DNA from: a virus
Lineage: Duplodnaviria > Caudoviricetes
DNA length: 64,000 nt
IMG/VR virus record: IMGVR_UViG_3300033121_002193
Coordinates: 32,001 to 96,000 of that record
Direction: 5' to 3' (one strand)
The notes below the pieces were generated by a model. The model was not told where the DNA came from. It was given only the letters and a program-made list of their open reading frames with translations, and made no database searches. Of this stretch, positions 10,701-20,682 are shown piece after piece (within the stretch, counting starts at the first letter, position 1; each line of letters opens with the position of its first letter). The translations under genes and the position numbers were made by a program.

Positions 10701-11477
10701 TTATTCTAATAGATTAATTCTTATTAATTGCTCTGTTATGATTTTTAAATAATTTTCCAAAATCCATGAAAATACTTCATCTAAAATTTTAACACCTTTA
10801 AGTTCTGGAATATCCCAGCCTTTTGAGTTCTTGTTTAGTGTTCTAAAAGTCATAATTGTTTTTTGAACGCTTTTCCCTTTAGGGGTTTTTGTTTCATGTT
10901 GATAAATGGTCAAATTATTTAAAATGCTTTTTCCTGTTTGTTTGCTTTTGAATTGTGATGGCACATCGGTAATGATGGCAGCAGGTATTATTTTTTTAAC
11001 TGTACTAATAACAGGCACCCCTTGCGTATTTGTAATTGGATTTTTTAAACTTATTTTTTCTTTTTTTAAGGTGTTTTTTATTTCATTATAAATCACTTGT
11101 TGTTTTGAACTCATTAAACTTGGAATATTTTGATTGTGTTTAAATGGAATAACAACAGAATTTCTATTCTTTAAATGTGTTTTTTTTAAGTTATGTGCGG
11201 GTACGCCTTCTTCAATCCAAGTTGCTTTATCTCTTAAAACAATAATATATACTGGATTTTTTTTACTTTTTGGCTTTTCTAAGATTAAATTTTCAAGATA
11301 TAAATTCCTAGTAGTTCTTAATTTATTTTGTGCTAATCTAACTGCTTCGCTATAAGCTTGAACCGCAACAACATCTAAGGCGTTTAAAAAAATATTTTCT
11401 ATTCCTGAAATTTTAGAAAGCTGCTGTCTAAATTGATCAAAGTTTATATCAAGTTTAAAGCCGCTGTCATTTGCCAT
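10701..11477 (-). CDS. Probable neck/tail completion protein
   Basis: 258 aa basic; VVIPFKH and IMTFRTLNKNSKGW motifs; neck-module synteny. Confidence 0.55.
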   Translation of the reverse strand: MANDSGFKLDINFDQFRQQLSKISGIENIFLNALDVVAVQAYSEAVRLAQNKLRTTRNLYLENLILEKPKSKKNPVYIIVLRDKATWIEEGVPAHNLKKTHLKNRNSVVIPFKHNQNIPSLMSSKQQVIYNEIKNTLKKEKISLKNPITNTQGVPVISTVKKIIPAAIITDVPSQFKSKQTGKSILNNLTIYQHETKTPKGKSVQKTIMTFRTLNKNSKGWDIPELKGVKILDEVFSWILENYLKIITEQLIRINLLE

Positions 11478-11481
11478 AAAA

Positions 11482-11790
11482 CTATTCAGCTGAGGTTTGT
11501 GTTTGAATTTCTTCTTTTAATTCTTGATCTTTTTCAACTTCTTTATCTGTTTTTAAAACACCATTTTCTAATAAAATTTGTGCTAAATTAATCATGCAGG
11601 AAGCTAATTCTAATAATGATTCATACGCATTAGGATTTGTTACTTGTATCATTTCAAATGCCGGCAAATGATTTTTAAAATTATTTAATACAGTTTCAAT
11701 ATCAGAAACTTTATTTTTAAAATCATAAACATTCAATCTTTTTATAGAATTGTCCATTGTATTTGCTGATGCTTCTATATTATCTTTCAT
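11482..11790 (-). CDS. Hypothetical protein
   Basis: 102 aa ORF, tightly packed in operon. Confidence 0.55.
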   Translation of the reverse strand: MKDNIEASANTMDNSIKRLNVYDFKNKVSDIETVLNNFKNHLPAFEMIQVTNPNAYESLLELASCMINLAQILLENGVLKTDKEVEKDQELKEEIQTQTSAE

Positions 11791-11792
11791 GT

Positions 11793-12503
11793 TTATTTAA
11801 TTTCCCCCTTTTTATTCCACAAAGCTTTCAATAACAAAGAAATATTTTCTTTGCTCCATTTATCGCTAAATAACACTTTTATATTTTCATTATTATCTTT
11901 GTAAATATGTAAACTGTTTTTTCCTAAAATTTTAAAACATATACACAGACGTTTGTGTTCTGGATTTAAAATAATAGATTCTTGACAATCTGGACAAGTA
12001 TATTTATCTTCTGTTTTATTTAATTTTATTTCTATTTTTTTTTCTGGGAAAAAGTTATTGTTTACAAGAAGATTAACTGTTTTTTGTAAGGATTTATTTA
12101 AATTTGTATCTAAATTAAATACACTTTCATTAAAAGTTGACTCTAACGATAAACACGTGGCTAGTACATTTGGCATGTCTTTATTATCAATAAAAGCAAT
12201 TGTTTGTTCGTTTTTAAACAATCTCCCACAAAACAAATCTTTTTCTTTTTTAATAATCTCTAATTGATATTCCATTGATGGAATCTTTAAAATAATCGGC
12301 ACATTTGAATTTTTTAAGTTTTTCAAACTTTTCGAGAGCCAATAAGAAATTCCACGCGGAACAATTTGCATTTGTTCTAAATATTCTTCTGTATTTTCTT
12401 TATTAACGTTAGGCAAGGATAAAACAGCCTTTTTTAAAATGCAATATCCTTTATTGCCTACCAATTCTTCTATTTTTTCATTATATGTTTTTTTGTTTAG
12501 CAT
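11793..12503 (-). CDS. Hypothetical protein with CxxC..CxC zinc-ribbon-like motif
   Basis: 236 aa; CPDC...LCIC. Confidence 0.55.
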   Translation of the reverse strand: MLNKKTYNEKIEELVGNKGYCILKKAVLSLPNVNKENTEEYLEQMQIVPRGISYWLSKSLKNLKNSNVPIILKIPSMEYQLEIIKKEKDLFCGRLFKNEQTIAFIDNKDMPNVLATCLSLESTFNESVFNLDTNLNKSLQKTVNLLVNNNFFPEKKIEIKLNKTEDKYTCPDCQESIILNPEHKRLCICFKILGKNSLHIYKDNNENIKVLFSDKWSKENISLLLKALWNKKGEIK

Positions 12504-12541
12504 TTATCATGCTCCGATCATTACAATATAAGTATAAGTTT

Positions 12542-13375
12542 CTATTTAATAGACAAATTCATTCCTGAACTAGGAGACAACCCCTCTCTGGATGAATCAT
12601 CTTCTGCCCTATTTAATTCATTTAAATAGTAAATTTCTCTTTGTAAAATTAATAGTTGAGGGTATCTAACTTGTATTTTTTCAGAAGATTGAGGAATAAC
12701 CGTATTACACAATCTTATTTCGTGTAATACAACGCTAACATACCAAGATGGTCGATAGTAATATCTTATTTGATAAACTCCGCCATCTCCAGTAGATTGA
12801 ATATATTGTGGTCTATTTTGACCAATCCATTGTAAGTTGCCGCCAGAAATAACAAAATCACTTCCCTCAAAATATTCCTTTCCATTCATATCAATAACAT
12901 ATTCTATTTTTACAATTGGAAACATTGCTCTATCAATTCCAGTAGGCGAACAAATCATTTTTTCAAATCTAGGAACTACTACGGTTTCATCTACCAAATC
13001 AATTCTATCGTTTACACAGAAAAACAATTGACAATCGCTTTCTTTATATTGTCTAGGTACGTGTAAAGTAGTTATAGAAGAATCAATTATACCTTCTACA
13101 TTGAAATATTTTTTAGTGCTATTATTATCAAATACACCTAAAAAACATTTTCCACCTCTATAATAAAAACCATTACTACAAGTATGATTTAAATGAGATG
13201 AACGTGGGCTGCCTCGATCGGTATCGCCCCCTGCGCACGGAACCGCTTTCCAATGTTTAAAATCAACTCCATGCGCTTCTATCAAATTATCAAAAGCAAA
13301 AGGATCAAAATACAATTGATCTTGTGCAAATTGCAATGGATTTTCTATATAATTCCCTCTAGTTGCCATCATCAA
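12542..13375 (-). CDS. Probable head closure/stopper protein
   Basis: 277 aa; FDNLIEAHGV..WKAVPC..CSNGFYY resembles the K-like neck protein; synteny. Confidence 0.6.
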   Translation of the reverse strand: MMMATRGNYIENPLQFAQDQLYFDPFAFDNLIEAHGVDFKHWKAVPCAGGDTDRGSPRSSHLNHTCSNGFYYRGGKCFLGVFDNNSTKKYFNVEGIIDSSITTLHVPRQYKESDCQLFFCVNDRIDLVDETVVVPRFEKMICSPTGIDRAMFPIVKIEYVIDMNGKEYFEGSDFVISGGNLQWIGQNRPQYIQSTGDGGVYQIRYYYRPSWYVSVVLHEIRLCNTVIPQSSEKIQVRYPQLLILQREIYYLNELNRAEDDSSREGLSPSSGMNLSIK

Positions 13376-13577
13376 TCCATTTTATGTTGTTATATTTTTT
13401 ATCTGCCATATATTTAGCGATTTCTTTATGAGATCCAGCGCCTAATATTTCTGTTTTGTTTTTATTAGAAAAAAACAAAACATTAAATCCGCCAAAAGTT
13501 ACAACTAAATCTATAGGCAAATTATTCATATACCCAATTGTCTTTTTTAATTTAATATGTTTTTGAGTTATTTTCAT
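13359..13577 (-). CDS. Hypothetical protein
   Basis: 72 aa ORF in operon. Confidence 0.45.
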   Translation of the reverse strand: MKITQKHIKLKKTIGYMNNLPIDLVVTFGGFNVLFFSNKNKTEILGAGSHKEIAKYMADKKYNNIKWIDDGN

Positions 13578-13582
13578 AATTT

Positions 13583-14416
13583 TTAAAAAGTAGACATCAT
13601 AATTGAATTATAATACATCATTCTAATATTTTTAATTAATTCGTCTCTTTTTTCCTTTAAGTCATTAATTCTAAGTGCATATATATTAGGTCCTGGACTG
13701 CCAATTGATTGACTCATTCCATCTAAGCCTAAACTTGAACTTGTTGTTCTTACAAGTGGGCCTAATCTGGATAATAAATCTATAGCGGCTTCCGTGGCGA
13801 TTAAATCATTAATAATTCCTGGCATTTTATCTTCAGGAAATCCGGCTGTATATTTTATAGAGAAAAATGCGGGAATAAATCTAGGATACACATTTGCCAA
13901 TAACCAATTACCAAACGGGCTAGCTACGCCATTTGCACTAAAAAAAGAATTTGTATAAACATTAGTAACATATCCCAACGTAATTAAACCTGTTTGAAAA
14001 TTTCCTGTCTCTATTAATGTAGGTGGAAAAACAAAAATATTAGTACCGGTAGCATCCGCAATCGCAAGCTCTTCTACTGATAAAATCGGACGATAGGGCA
14101 TTTCTAAATAACAATAGGCTTGATACAAATTTTTATCATATTCTTTCCTAACTTTTCTTTGAACAGGAAATATATTTATTTTTATTTCTGTTTCTATGCG
14201 ATTCATGGCATAGTCTAAAGTTCTTTTTAGGTCTTCATTGTTCAAAACTTCGCCTGTAATAGGACTTTTTAAACTAATTCCAAACAAATAATCTTTTTTG
14301 AAAATTTCAGGAGTAATAAGAGGTTGATACCTGTTAACATTTGCGCCTGCATCAATTGCATATAAAGGATATACACAGCCCATAGATGGACGACTATTTG
14401 TATAATCTGCACTCAT
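13583..14416 (-). CDS. Probable head-tail adaptor/neck protein
   Basis: 277 aa; YLFGISL..PITGE and IKYTAGF..SLGLDGMSQS motifs of K/SPO1-like adaptors. Confidence 0.7.
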   Translation of the reverse strand: MSADYTNSRPSMGCVYPLYAIDAGANVNRYQPLITPEIFKKDYLFGISLKSPITGEVLNNEDLKRTLDYAMNRIETEIKINIFPVQRKVRKEYDKNLYQAYCYLEMPYRPILSVEELAIADATGTNIFVFPPTLIETGNFQTGLITLGYVTNVYTNSFFSANGVASPFGNWLLANVYPRFIPAFFSIKYTAGFPEDKMPGIINDLIATEAAIDLLSRLGPLVRTTSSSLGLDGMSQSIGSPGPNIYALRINDLKEKRDELIKNIRMMYYNSIMMSTF

Positions 14417-14417
14417 A

Positions 14418-14822
14418 TTAACACAAACTCGGGTTTAAAGATTGTACGGTAATAGCCCTAGAAATAACACCAGTTTTTACAATTCCGTTTTCTGTTAATG
14501 AAAACATTAAATTTCCTTGTGATATTTTATCTGTAGACAAAATATTGAATTGCCAAATACTTGCATCTAAAGGAAATGGTTGAGTAGCGTTTCTTGTGAT
14601 TACATTTGTGCTATTAATACTTGAAATTGTAATCGTCACTGTAGAACCTACGGCAGGCATATATCTTAATCCTTGCCCATTGGTTAAATCAGAGGCTTGT
14701 TCGTCGTCAGTTAATTGAAAATAAACAGATGTACTGCTGCCTTCTCTTAATAAAACAGCAGTAGCTACCTGCCAACTGTTGACATTTTGTACGTTTTTTA
14801 ACATTCTGCCACTAAGAAACAT
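14418..14822 (-). CDS. Putative virion structural protein (Ig-like)
   Basis: 134 aa beta-rich; first gene of the neck/tail operon; late motif upstream. Confidence 0.5.
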   Translation of the reverse strand: MFLSGRMLKNVQNVNSWQVATAVLLREGSSTSVYFQLTDDEQASDLTNGQGLRYMPAVGSTVTITISSINSTNVITRNATQPFPLDASIWQFNILSTDKISQGNLMFSLTENGIVKTGVISRAITVQSLNPSLC

Positions 14823-14846
14823 ATTATCCTTTTGTATTATTTAATA

Positions 14847-14854
14847 AGATTAAG
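14847..14854 (-). promoter_or_regulatory. Candidate late promoter motif CTTAATCT
   Basis: About 25 nt upstream of the 14822 start. Confidence 0.55.
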
Positions 14855-14879
14855 TAAATTAGATTTTAAAAAAGTAATT

Positions 14880-15577
14880 ATGAAAAAAACAAAATGTACG
14901 TTTGTTGTTATAGATGGAATAAAATTGGAAAAGATACTCAAATAAATCAATTGAAAAATTATTTTTCCTCAAAAAACAAAACATATCTTTCTATTGATTG
15001 TATTGGATGGTCTCAACATAAAGATTTTATTCATTTGAAAGTTTTAAGAGAATTAATTTTTAATGCAAAAGAATTATCATCAAAATTAGAAGAAAAAACT
15101 TTTGCACTGGCTTCTTTTTTGAATTTACAAATAGTACAAAAATTAAAGGAAACTAATGAGTATGAATATATACTACAAAATAGAGGTCCTTTAAGCCATA
15201 TTGCTTATGGCTTAACGAAAAATCATTCTCGTAAACAATTAAATACTTATTACAAACAAGTAAATGAAATTTTGAACAATTTTAAGGCAAACTATATTAA
15301 TATTTGCTTGTTACCAAGAAATTTTGAATTATTTATAAAACAAAGAATTGATTTGGCAAAAAATAAACATAAAGAAATAAGTGCAAGACATGAAAAGCTA
15401 GAAAACATTGATTTTCAAAAAAAAGTATACTACAATATGTTAAATGAATTTAAATTAGCAAAAATGAATAAATCTTATTTTTTGCAAAAAGATAGCTGTA
15501 AAATGTTATTAATTGAAGAAAATTCTTCAATTGAAGACGTGAAAAAACAAATAATAAGCATAATAGAAAAGGAATAG
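14880..15577 (+). pseudogene. tmk: Thymidylate kinase, frameshifted in the P-loop
   Basis: ATG at 14880 reads MKKTKCTFVVIDGI; another frame continues KIGKDTQINQL..QNRGPLSHIAYG..HEKLENIDFQKKV. Confidence 0.65.
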
Positions 15578-15579
15578 AA

Positions 15580-16125
15580 ATGGATTTTTATATGGTAAAA
15601 CGATTTTTTTATAATTTACTGAACAGATTTAAAGGCACAAATTATAATGAATATAAATGTAAAAATTGCGAATATGATATTTTAAGTTTGAAACAAGAAG
15701 TTTCTTTTGTTAAACTAAACACAGAAGCTAAAGCACCGTTTAAAAAACACGAGGGCGATGCAGGATACGATTTATTTGCCAATTTACCAGAAAAACAAAG
15801 TATTACAATCGAACCAAATGACCAAGCAAAAATACCAACGGGAATTGCGGTATCTTTGAATAAATGTACAGTAGGAATAATTAACGATCGTTCTAGTATG
15901 GCATTTAAAAAACAAATTGTGACTGGTGGAGTTATTGATGAGCCGTACACGGGTGAAATTTCTGTTTTATTGTTTAATTTATCAAAAGAACCATATAAAA
16001 TAAATCATGGTGATAAAATAGCACAAATGGTCATTTTTCCAATTGTGCAAGCAACTTTTATTGAAAAAGAATCTCTGCAAGAAACTGAGCGTGGCAACAA
16101 TGGCTTTGGAAGCACTGGAACCTAG
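15580..16125 (+). CDS. dut: dUTPase (trimeric)
   Basis: DAGYDL, RSS, GVIDEPYTGEI, GDKIAQ and RGNNGFGSTG motifs. Confidence 0.95.
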   Translation: MDFYMVKRFFYNLLNRFKGTNYNEYKCKNCEYDILSLKQEVSFVKLNTEAKAPFKKHEGDAGYDLFANLPEKQSITIEPNDQAKIPTGIAVSLNKCTVGIINDRSSMAFKKQIVTGGVIDEPYTGEISVLLFNLSKEPYKINHGDKIAQMVIFPIVQATFIEKESLQETERGNNGFGSTGT

Positions 16126-16642
16126 ATATATTTTTTTATATATAAGTTCTCCAGAACCTGAAATTAGCGCAGAAATATTTGATAATAAAGACACAATAAA
16201 CAAAGTAATTGTAGCTTGTGTGATTTTTTTGAATAATGCCATTATACTCAATGGCGGTTTTCGATTTAACAAATATATAGCTGTTAAACACGAAAATAGC
16301 AAAGGTTCTTTATGGGTAAGACAGACTAGAAATAATTATAGATGGACATGTACATATTTAAAAATTTTACTAAAAAAATTCATTGAAATTACAAACAAAC
16401 CACATCATTACAATCATGCTTATGAATGGTTTTTAAAATATACACATTTGATTCCTGTTGGTAAATTAACTGATTTTGTAAATGACACCAACTATACTAA
16501 ATTAGAATCAACAGAGGCAAACAAAACATACATATTGAAAAAATGGTTTTGCGAGAATGTTAACCTAATTCTTGAAAGTAATCAGCTTACAGACACAGAT
16601 ATGCAAAAAATAGATTTTCTATACAAAAACATTTCTTTGTAA
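16043..16642 (+). CDS. Pyrimidine-dimer glycosylase (DenV)-like phage protein, divergent; true start likely near 16125
   Basis: IFLYISSPEPEISA..KHENSKGSLWVRQTRNNYRW..KPH resembles the HxNHPxxxWxRxxxxNYxW family. Confidence 0.45.
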   Translation: MCKQLLLKKNLCKKLSVATMALEALEPRYIFLYISSPEPEISAEIFDNKDTINKVIVACVIFLNNAIILNGGFRFNKYIAVKHENSKGSLWVRQTRNNYRWTCTYLKILLKKFIEITNKPHHYNHAYEWFLKYTHLIPVGKLTDFVNDTNYTKLESTEANKTYILKKWFCENVNLILESNQLTDTDMQKIDFLYKNISL

Positions 16643-16714
16643 TGTGAAAAGAAAACAATTGATATTGCAAAAAAACATGATACACTATTAACAACAAACA
16701 AGGAAACCACAAAA

Positions 16715-16954
16715 ATGAAATTCCTAATAAAAATAACTTTTAATATAATAATAAACCAAGAATATCAATACGTAGAACATTTTTGTTCTTCTTACGAAGA
16801 CATAGATGATAAATTAAACTTGTTTGATGGTAATAAAGATATTTTGTGTGTCTTCAATAAATCAGCTGTTTTAAAATACGAAGTCGAAACAATAGAAGAA
16901 GAACCACAAACAATAATAAAATCAACAAAAAGAAAATCAAAACTTTCCACTTAA
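16715..16954 (+). CDS. Hypothetical protein
   Basis: 79 aa, RBS AAGGA upstream. Confidence 0.55.
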   Translation: MKFLIKITFNIIINQEYQYVEHFCSSYEDIDDKLNLFDGNKDILCVFNKSAVLKYEVETIEEEPQTIIKSTKRKSKLST

Positions 16955-16967
16955 TAAAAGAAAATAT

Positions 16968-17603
16968 ATGAATATTGTTTTTAAAGCGATAATCAATCAC
17001 AAATATTGTGATTTGCCAATGACTCATACAGACTTGGAAATAAAAGGAATTTATCAGCAATCTAATGAAGATATTCTTGGGCTCAATTACAAAGAAAAAA
17101 TAAGCCTTATAGAAAAAGAGAGTTATTTTGAAATTGGTTATTTCTTAAGCAAATTAATAGAAGGCGTTCCAGAATTTGTTGAATTATTGTTTTTGCCAAA
17201 AAATCAAATATTGCAAATTTCAAAAGTCTTTCATGAAATTATGCATTTCAATCATGTGTTTTTAACCAAACGTTCTATAGAAAAATTTTTAACTAGAGCG
17301 TTGAGCTATTCTACTGATTATATCATAACAAAAGACAATTTGTGTTTATTTCAATCAATAAGAATGCTTAAAATATGCAAAAATTTATTAGAAAAAAACA
17401 CAAATGATTTTTTAATTAATAATCAATTTGATTTCAATCGTCCTCATATTACAGATATTATTATTCAAGAAGTTAATTTGTTATATAAACAATTAAATTT
17501 GTCAGATTTTCCAGATGAAGTTGATAAAAACTTTACGCATACTCTTCTTTTATCTATTAGAAACGAATATGGTAATTTTTTAGAAGATAAAACAAATGAA
17601 TAA
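16968..17603 (+). CDS. Pol-beta superfamily nucleotidyltransferase-like protein with degenerate active site
   Basis: KGIYQQSNEDILGL..YFEIGYFL..PEFVELLF matches phage NTases; GS and DxD replaced by NH and DLE. Confidence 0.55.
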   Translation: MNIVFKAIINHKYCDLPMTHTDLEIKGIYQQSNEDILGLNYKEKISLIEKESYFEIGYFLSKLIEGVPEFVELLFLPKNQILQISKVFHEIMHFNHVFLTKRSIEKFLTRALSYSTDYIITKDNLCLFQSIRMLKICKNLLEKNTNDFLINNQFDFNRPHITDIIIQEVNLLYKQLNLSDFPDEVDKNFTHTLLLSIRNEYGNFLEDKTNE

Positions 17604-17655
17604 AACAAGAAATAAATTAACTTTATCCGATGCATTAAATGAACAATTTAATTTA
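17596..17655 (+). pseudogene. 5' part of a gene interrupted by the IS1595 element
   Basis: MNKTRNKLTLSDALNEQFNL joins in frame to IQGLIVG.. at 23655 once the IS and one TSD are removed. Confidence 0.8.
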
Positions 17656-17704
17656 GGCACCTATATACTTGTTTAACCCAAAATAATTTGATATAAAAAC
17701 CGTT

Positions 17705-18622
17705 ATGGAATTCACGAATCTCATAGAAGTGACTGAATACTTTTCAGACAAGCAGAAATGCATTGAGTATTTGACTCACATGAGATGGGCCAATGGTGTG
17801 CAATGTGTTTTTTGTGCCAATGAAAAAGTTTACGAATTAAAAGGTGAAAACAAGCGATACAAATGTGCCAAGTGCAGGAAGCAGTTTTCAGCCATTAAAG
17901 GCACCATTTTTGAAAACAGCCCAATTTCTCTGCAAAAATGGTTTTTGGCGGTTTACATTCTCACGTCTTATAAAAAAGGCATCAGCTCTGTTCAATTAGC
18001 CAGTGATTTAGGTGTGACTCAAAAAACCGCCTGGTTCATGGCTCAAAGAATCAGGTATGCCTTAAAAGTAAAATCCTTTGATTCACAATTAGAAGGCCCT
18101 GTCCAATGTGACGAAACGTTTATAGGCGGCAAAAATAAGAACAGGCATGCTGATAAAAAGGTACCTGAATCACAGGGTAGAAGCCTCAAAGACAAAACGC
18201 CTGTTTTTGGTGTTTTACAAACAGGTGGCCAATTGCATACGTCTGTCGTGCCAGATACCAAAGCTTCCACGTTAAAACCCATCATTAAAGAGCTGGTTAG
18301 AAACGGTTCTATTATTGTCACTGATGAGTGGACTGCTTACCAAAACCTGTCAAAAGATTACGATCACGTTGTCATTAATCACAAAAAACGTGAATATGTT
18401 AAAGGTGTACATCACATCAACGGCATAGAAGGGTTTTGGAGCGTCTTTAAAAGGGGTATTTACGGAATTTATCACCAAGTAAGCCCTAAACATTTGCACC
18501 GTTATTGTGATGAATTTGCGTTTAGGTACAACACCAAAAATTTGAACAACACCTGCAAATTTGATCTGTCATTAAAACGGACAGACTGCAGGTTGACCTA
18601 TAAGAACTTAATCTCTAAGTGA
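17705..18622 (+). CDS. IS1595-family transposase
   Basis: Zn ribbon CVFC..CAKC; QKTAWFM HTH; DETFIGG, TDEW, NGIEGFW and EFAFRYN motifs. Confidence 0.95.
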   Translation: MEFTNLIEVTEYFSDKQKCIEYLTHMRWANGVQCVFCANEKVYELKGENKRYKCAKCRKQFSAIKGTIFENSPISLQKWFLAVYILTSYKKGISSVQLASDLGVTQKTAWFMAQRIRYALKVKSFDSQLEGPVQCDETFIGGKNKNRHADKKVPESQGRSLKDKTPVFGVLQTGGQLHTSVVPDTKASTLKPIIKELVRNGSIIVTDEWTAYQNLSKDYDHVVINHKKREYVKGVHHINGIEGFWSVFKRGIYGIYHQVSPKHLHRYCDEFAFRYNTKNLNNTCKFDLSLKRTDCRLTYKNLISK

Positions 18623-18674
18623 GATGAATATTTATTTTTAAAATATTTTTTAGGAAAAATTTAAACTAGCCAGT

Positions 18675-20672
18675 ATGTCACAAGTGAAAGATAATTCCCC
18701 ACTCAATTTAAATTTGGCGTCTCATGATGTTCTTGCTGAGCGTATTGAGAAACTAAAAGCGTTAATGCCCGAAGTTTTTACCGAGGGCAAGATTGATTTC
18801 GATCAGCTCAAACGATTCTTGGGTGAATGGGTTGAGCCCGGCAAAGAACGCTTTGGCCTGCAATGGCCTGGTAAAGCTGATTGTATAAAGATCATCCAGC
18901 AAACCAGCGTTGCCACACTGAAACCCTGTCGAGAAGAATCCGTCAACTTTGATGAAACAGAAAACGTATTTATTGAAGGTGAAAATCTTGAAGTTTTAAA
19001 ACTTTTACAGAAGGCCTACTTTGGCAAGATCAAAATGATATACATTGATCCGCCTTACAATACAGGCAAAGAATTCATCTATCCCGACAAATATTCTGAA
19101 ACGCTCGAGTCCTACCTTGCTTATACTGGCCAAGTTGATGATGAAGGGAAAAATTTTTCAACTGATAAAGACGCACAGGGACGTTTTCATACACGTTGGC
19201 TAAACATGATGTATCCACGTCTGCTTCTTGCGCGAAATTTACTCAGAGAAGATGGAGTGATTTTTATCTCTATCGATGACAATGAATTCAGTAATCTTGA
19301 AAATTTATGTAATGAAATCTTTGGTGAAGAAAATCACTTAACAACACTTCATATAAAGGTCAGGTATGAGGGTAAAACATTGGTAGAAGATATGGATTTT
19401 CAAAAGCTTGTTGAGCAAGTTTTAGTCTACGCAAAATCAAAGGCGCAGGTTAAATTGAACAAGCCGAGAAGTTCATACTCTTTTGATAAATTCAGATACA
19501 AAATCATTGAAAAAGGAGTTCCTAAAACAATTAACCTTGGCGGAAAAAAAGTAGAGATATTTTCTAGCAGCCAATTTGAAATTATAGATGCTGGCCCTTC
19601 TAAAGAAAATCTCAAAGAAATATGGGCTTCAGGAAAGATTTTGGATGGGAATTCATCTGGCAGGTTTTTCCGGGATTATCTATCCGGAAGAAGTGAAACC
19701 GACGGCTTAGGTGTACTTTATAAAGTACACGAGATAGGCAGTGATAATCTGTCGTATAGGTACTTTACAGGACCGAAGAGAGAGAGTGCTACAAAGGGAA
19801 GATATTATCAAGGTGTTCCATCGGATGTATTAATTGAAGAGCGGACTGAGCGGGCAATGCCAATAACAACGTTTTATGACTTCGCTGACAACTTTGGAAA
19901 TTGTAGACATGAGGGAAATATAGATTTTCGTGACGGGAAAAAACCCGTCGAATTTTTAAAAACTCTTATCAATTTGATCCATCATGATTCTGATGAGATA
20001 CTGTTGGACTTTTTCGCTGGTTCGGGATCGTTCGCGCATGCAGTATTAGATTTTGCCCAGGAACACGATCTTCGACTCAAGACTATTTCTATACAATTAC
20101 CGGAACCTCTTAAAGAAGAAGGTGAAAGTTCTAAAATTGGCTTTAAGACCATAGCAGATATAGGTAAAGAGCGTTTCCGTAGGGTTATCGGCAAATTGGC
20201 GAACAGCCTTGATGGGCAATTACGATTCTCGAAAAATAAATTTGATCTTGGTTTTAAAGTTTTCAAGCTTGATCGATCCAATTTCAAAATTTGGGAGCAT
20301 CATTCGGAAAAAGCCGACAACTTTGTTGAGCAACTCTCCCTATATGTAGATCATATTGATCCCCAAAGTACCCCTGAAGCTCTCCTTTACGAATTACTCC
20401 TTAAATCGGGCTTTCCACTGACTGCGACGGTTAACCAAATCACCTTGGCGGGCAAACAGGTTTTCTCAATTGATAGTGGCAAGATGTTGCTGTGTTTTGA
20501 GGATCCGATCAAAGAAGAAACCCTTTTAGAGATGCTAAAGCATCAGCCTGCAATAATGGTTGCACTTGATAAGGCCTTTCATGGCAACGATCAGTTAAAA
20601 ACTAACATTAAGTTACAAGCTGAAGCCATAGGTGAATCTGAACACGGCCGAGTGTTATTTAAGACGGTATAA
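18675..20672 (+). CDS. mod: Type III R-M methyltransferase Mod
   Basis: IYIDPPYNTG and LDFFAGSGS motifs; GENLEVLKLL. Confidence 0.93.
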   Translation: MSQVKDNSPLNLNLASHDVLAERIEKLKALMPEVFTEGKIDFDQLKRFLGEWVEPGKERFGLQWPGKADCIKIIQQTSVATLKPCREESVNFDETENVFIEGENLEVLKLLQKAYFGKIKMIYIDPPYNTGKEFIYPDKYSETLESYLAYTGQVDDEGKNFSTDKDAQGRFHTRWLNMMYPRLLLARNLLREDGVIFISIDDNEFSNLENLCNEIFGEENHLTTLHIKVRYEGKTLVEDMDFQKLVEQVLVYAKSKAQVKLNKPRSSYSFDKFRYKIIEKGVPKTINLGGKKVEIFSSSQFEIIDAGPSKENLKEIWASGKILDGNSSGRFFRDYLSGRSETDGLGVLYKVHEIGSDNLSYRYFTGPKRESATKGRYYQGVPSDVLIEERTERAMPITTFYDFADNFGNCRHEGNIDFRDGKKPVEFLKTLINLIHHDSDEILLDFFAGSGSFAHAVLDFAQEHDLRLKTISIQLPEPLKEEGESSKIGFKTIADIGKERFRRVIGKLANSLDGQLRFSKNKFDLGFKVFKLDRSNFKIWEHHSEKADNFVEQLSLYVDHIDPQSTPEALLYELLLKSGFPLTATVNQITLAGKQVFSIDSGKMLLCFEDPIKEETLLEMLKHQPAIMVALDKAFHGNDQLKTNIKLQAEAIGESEHGRVLFKTV

Positions 20673-20682
20673 GGAATTTAGA

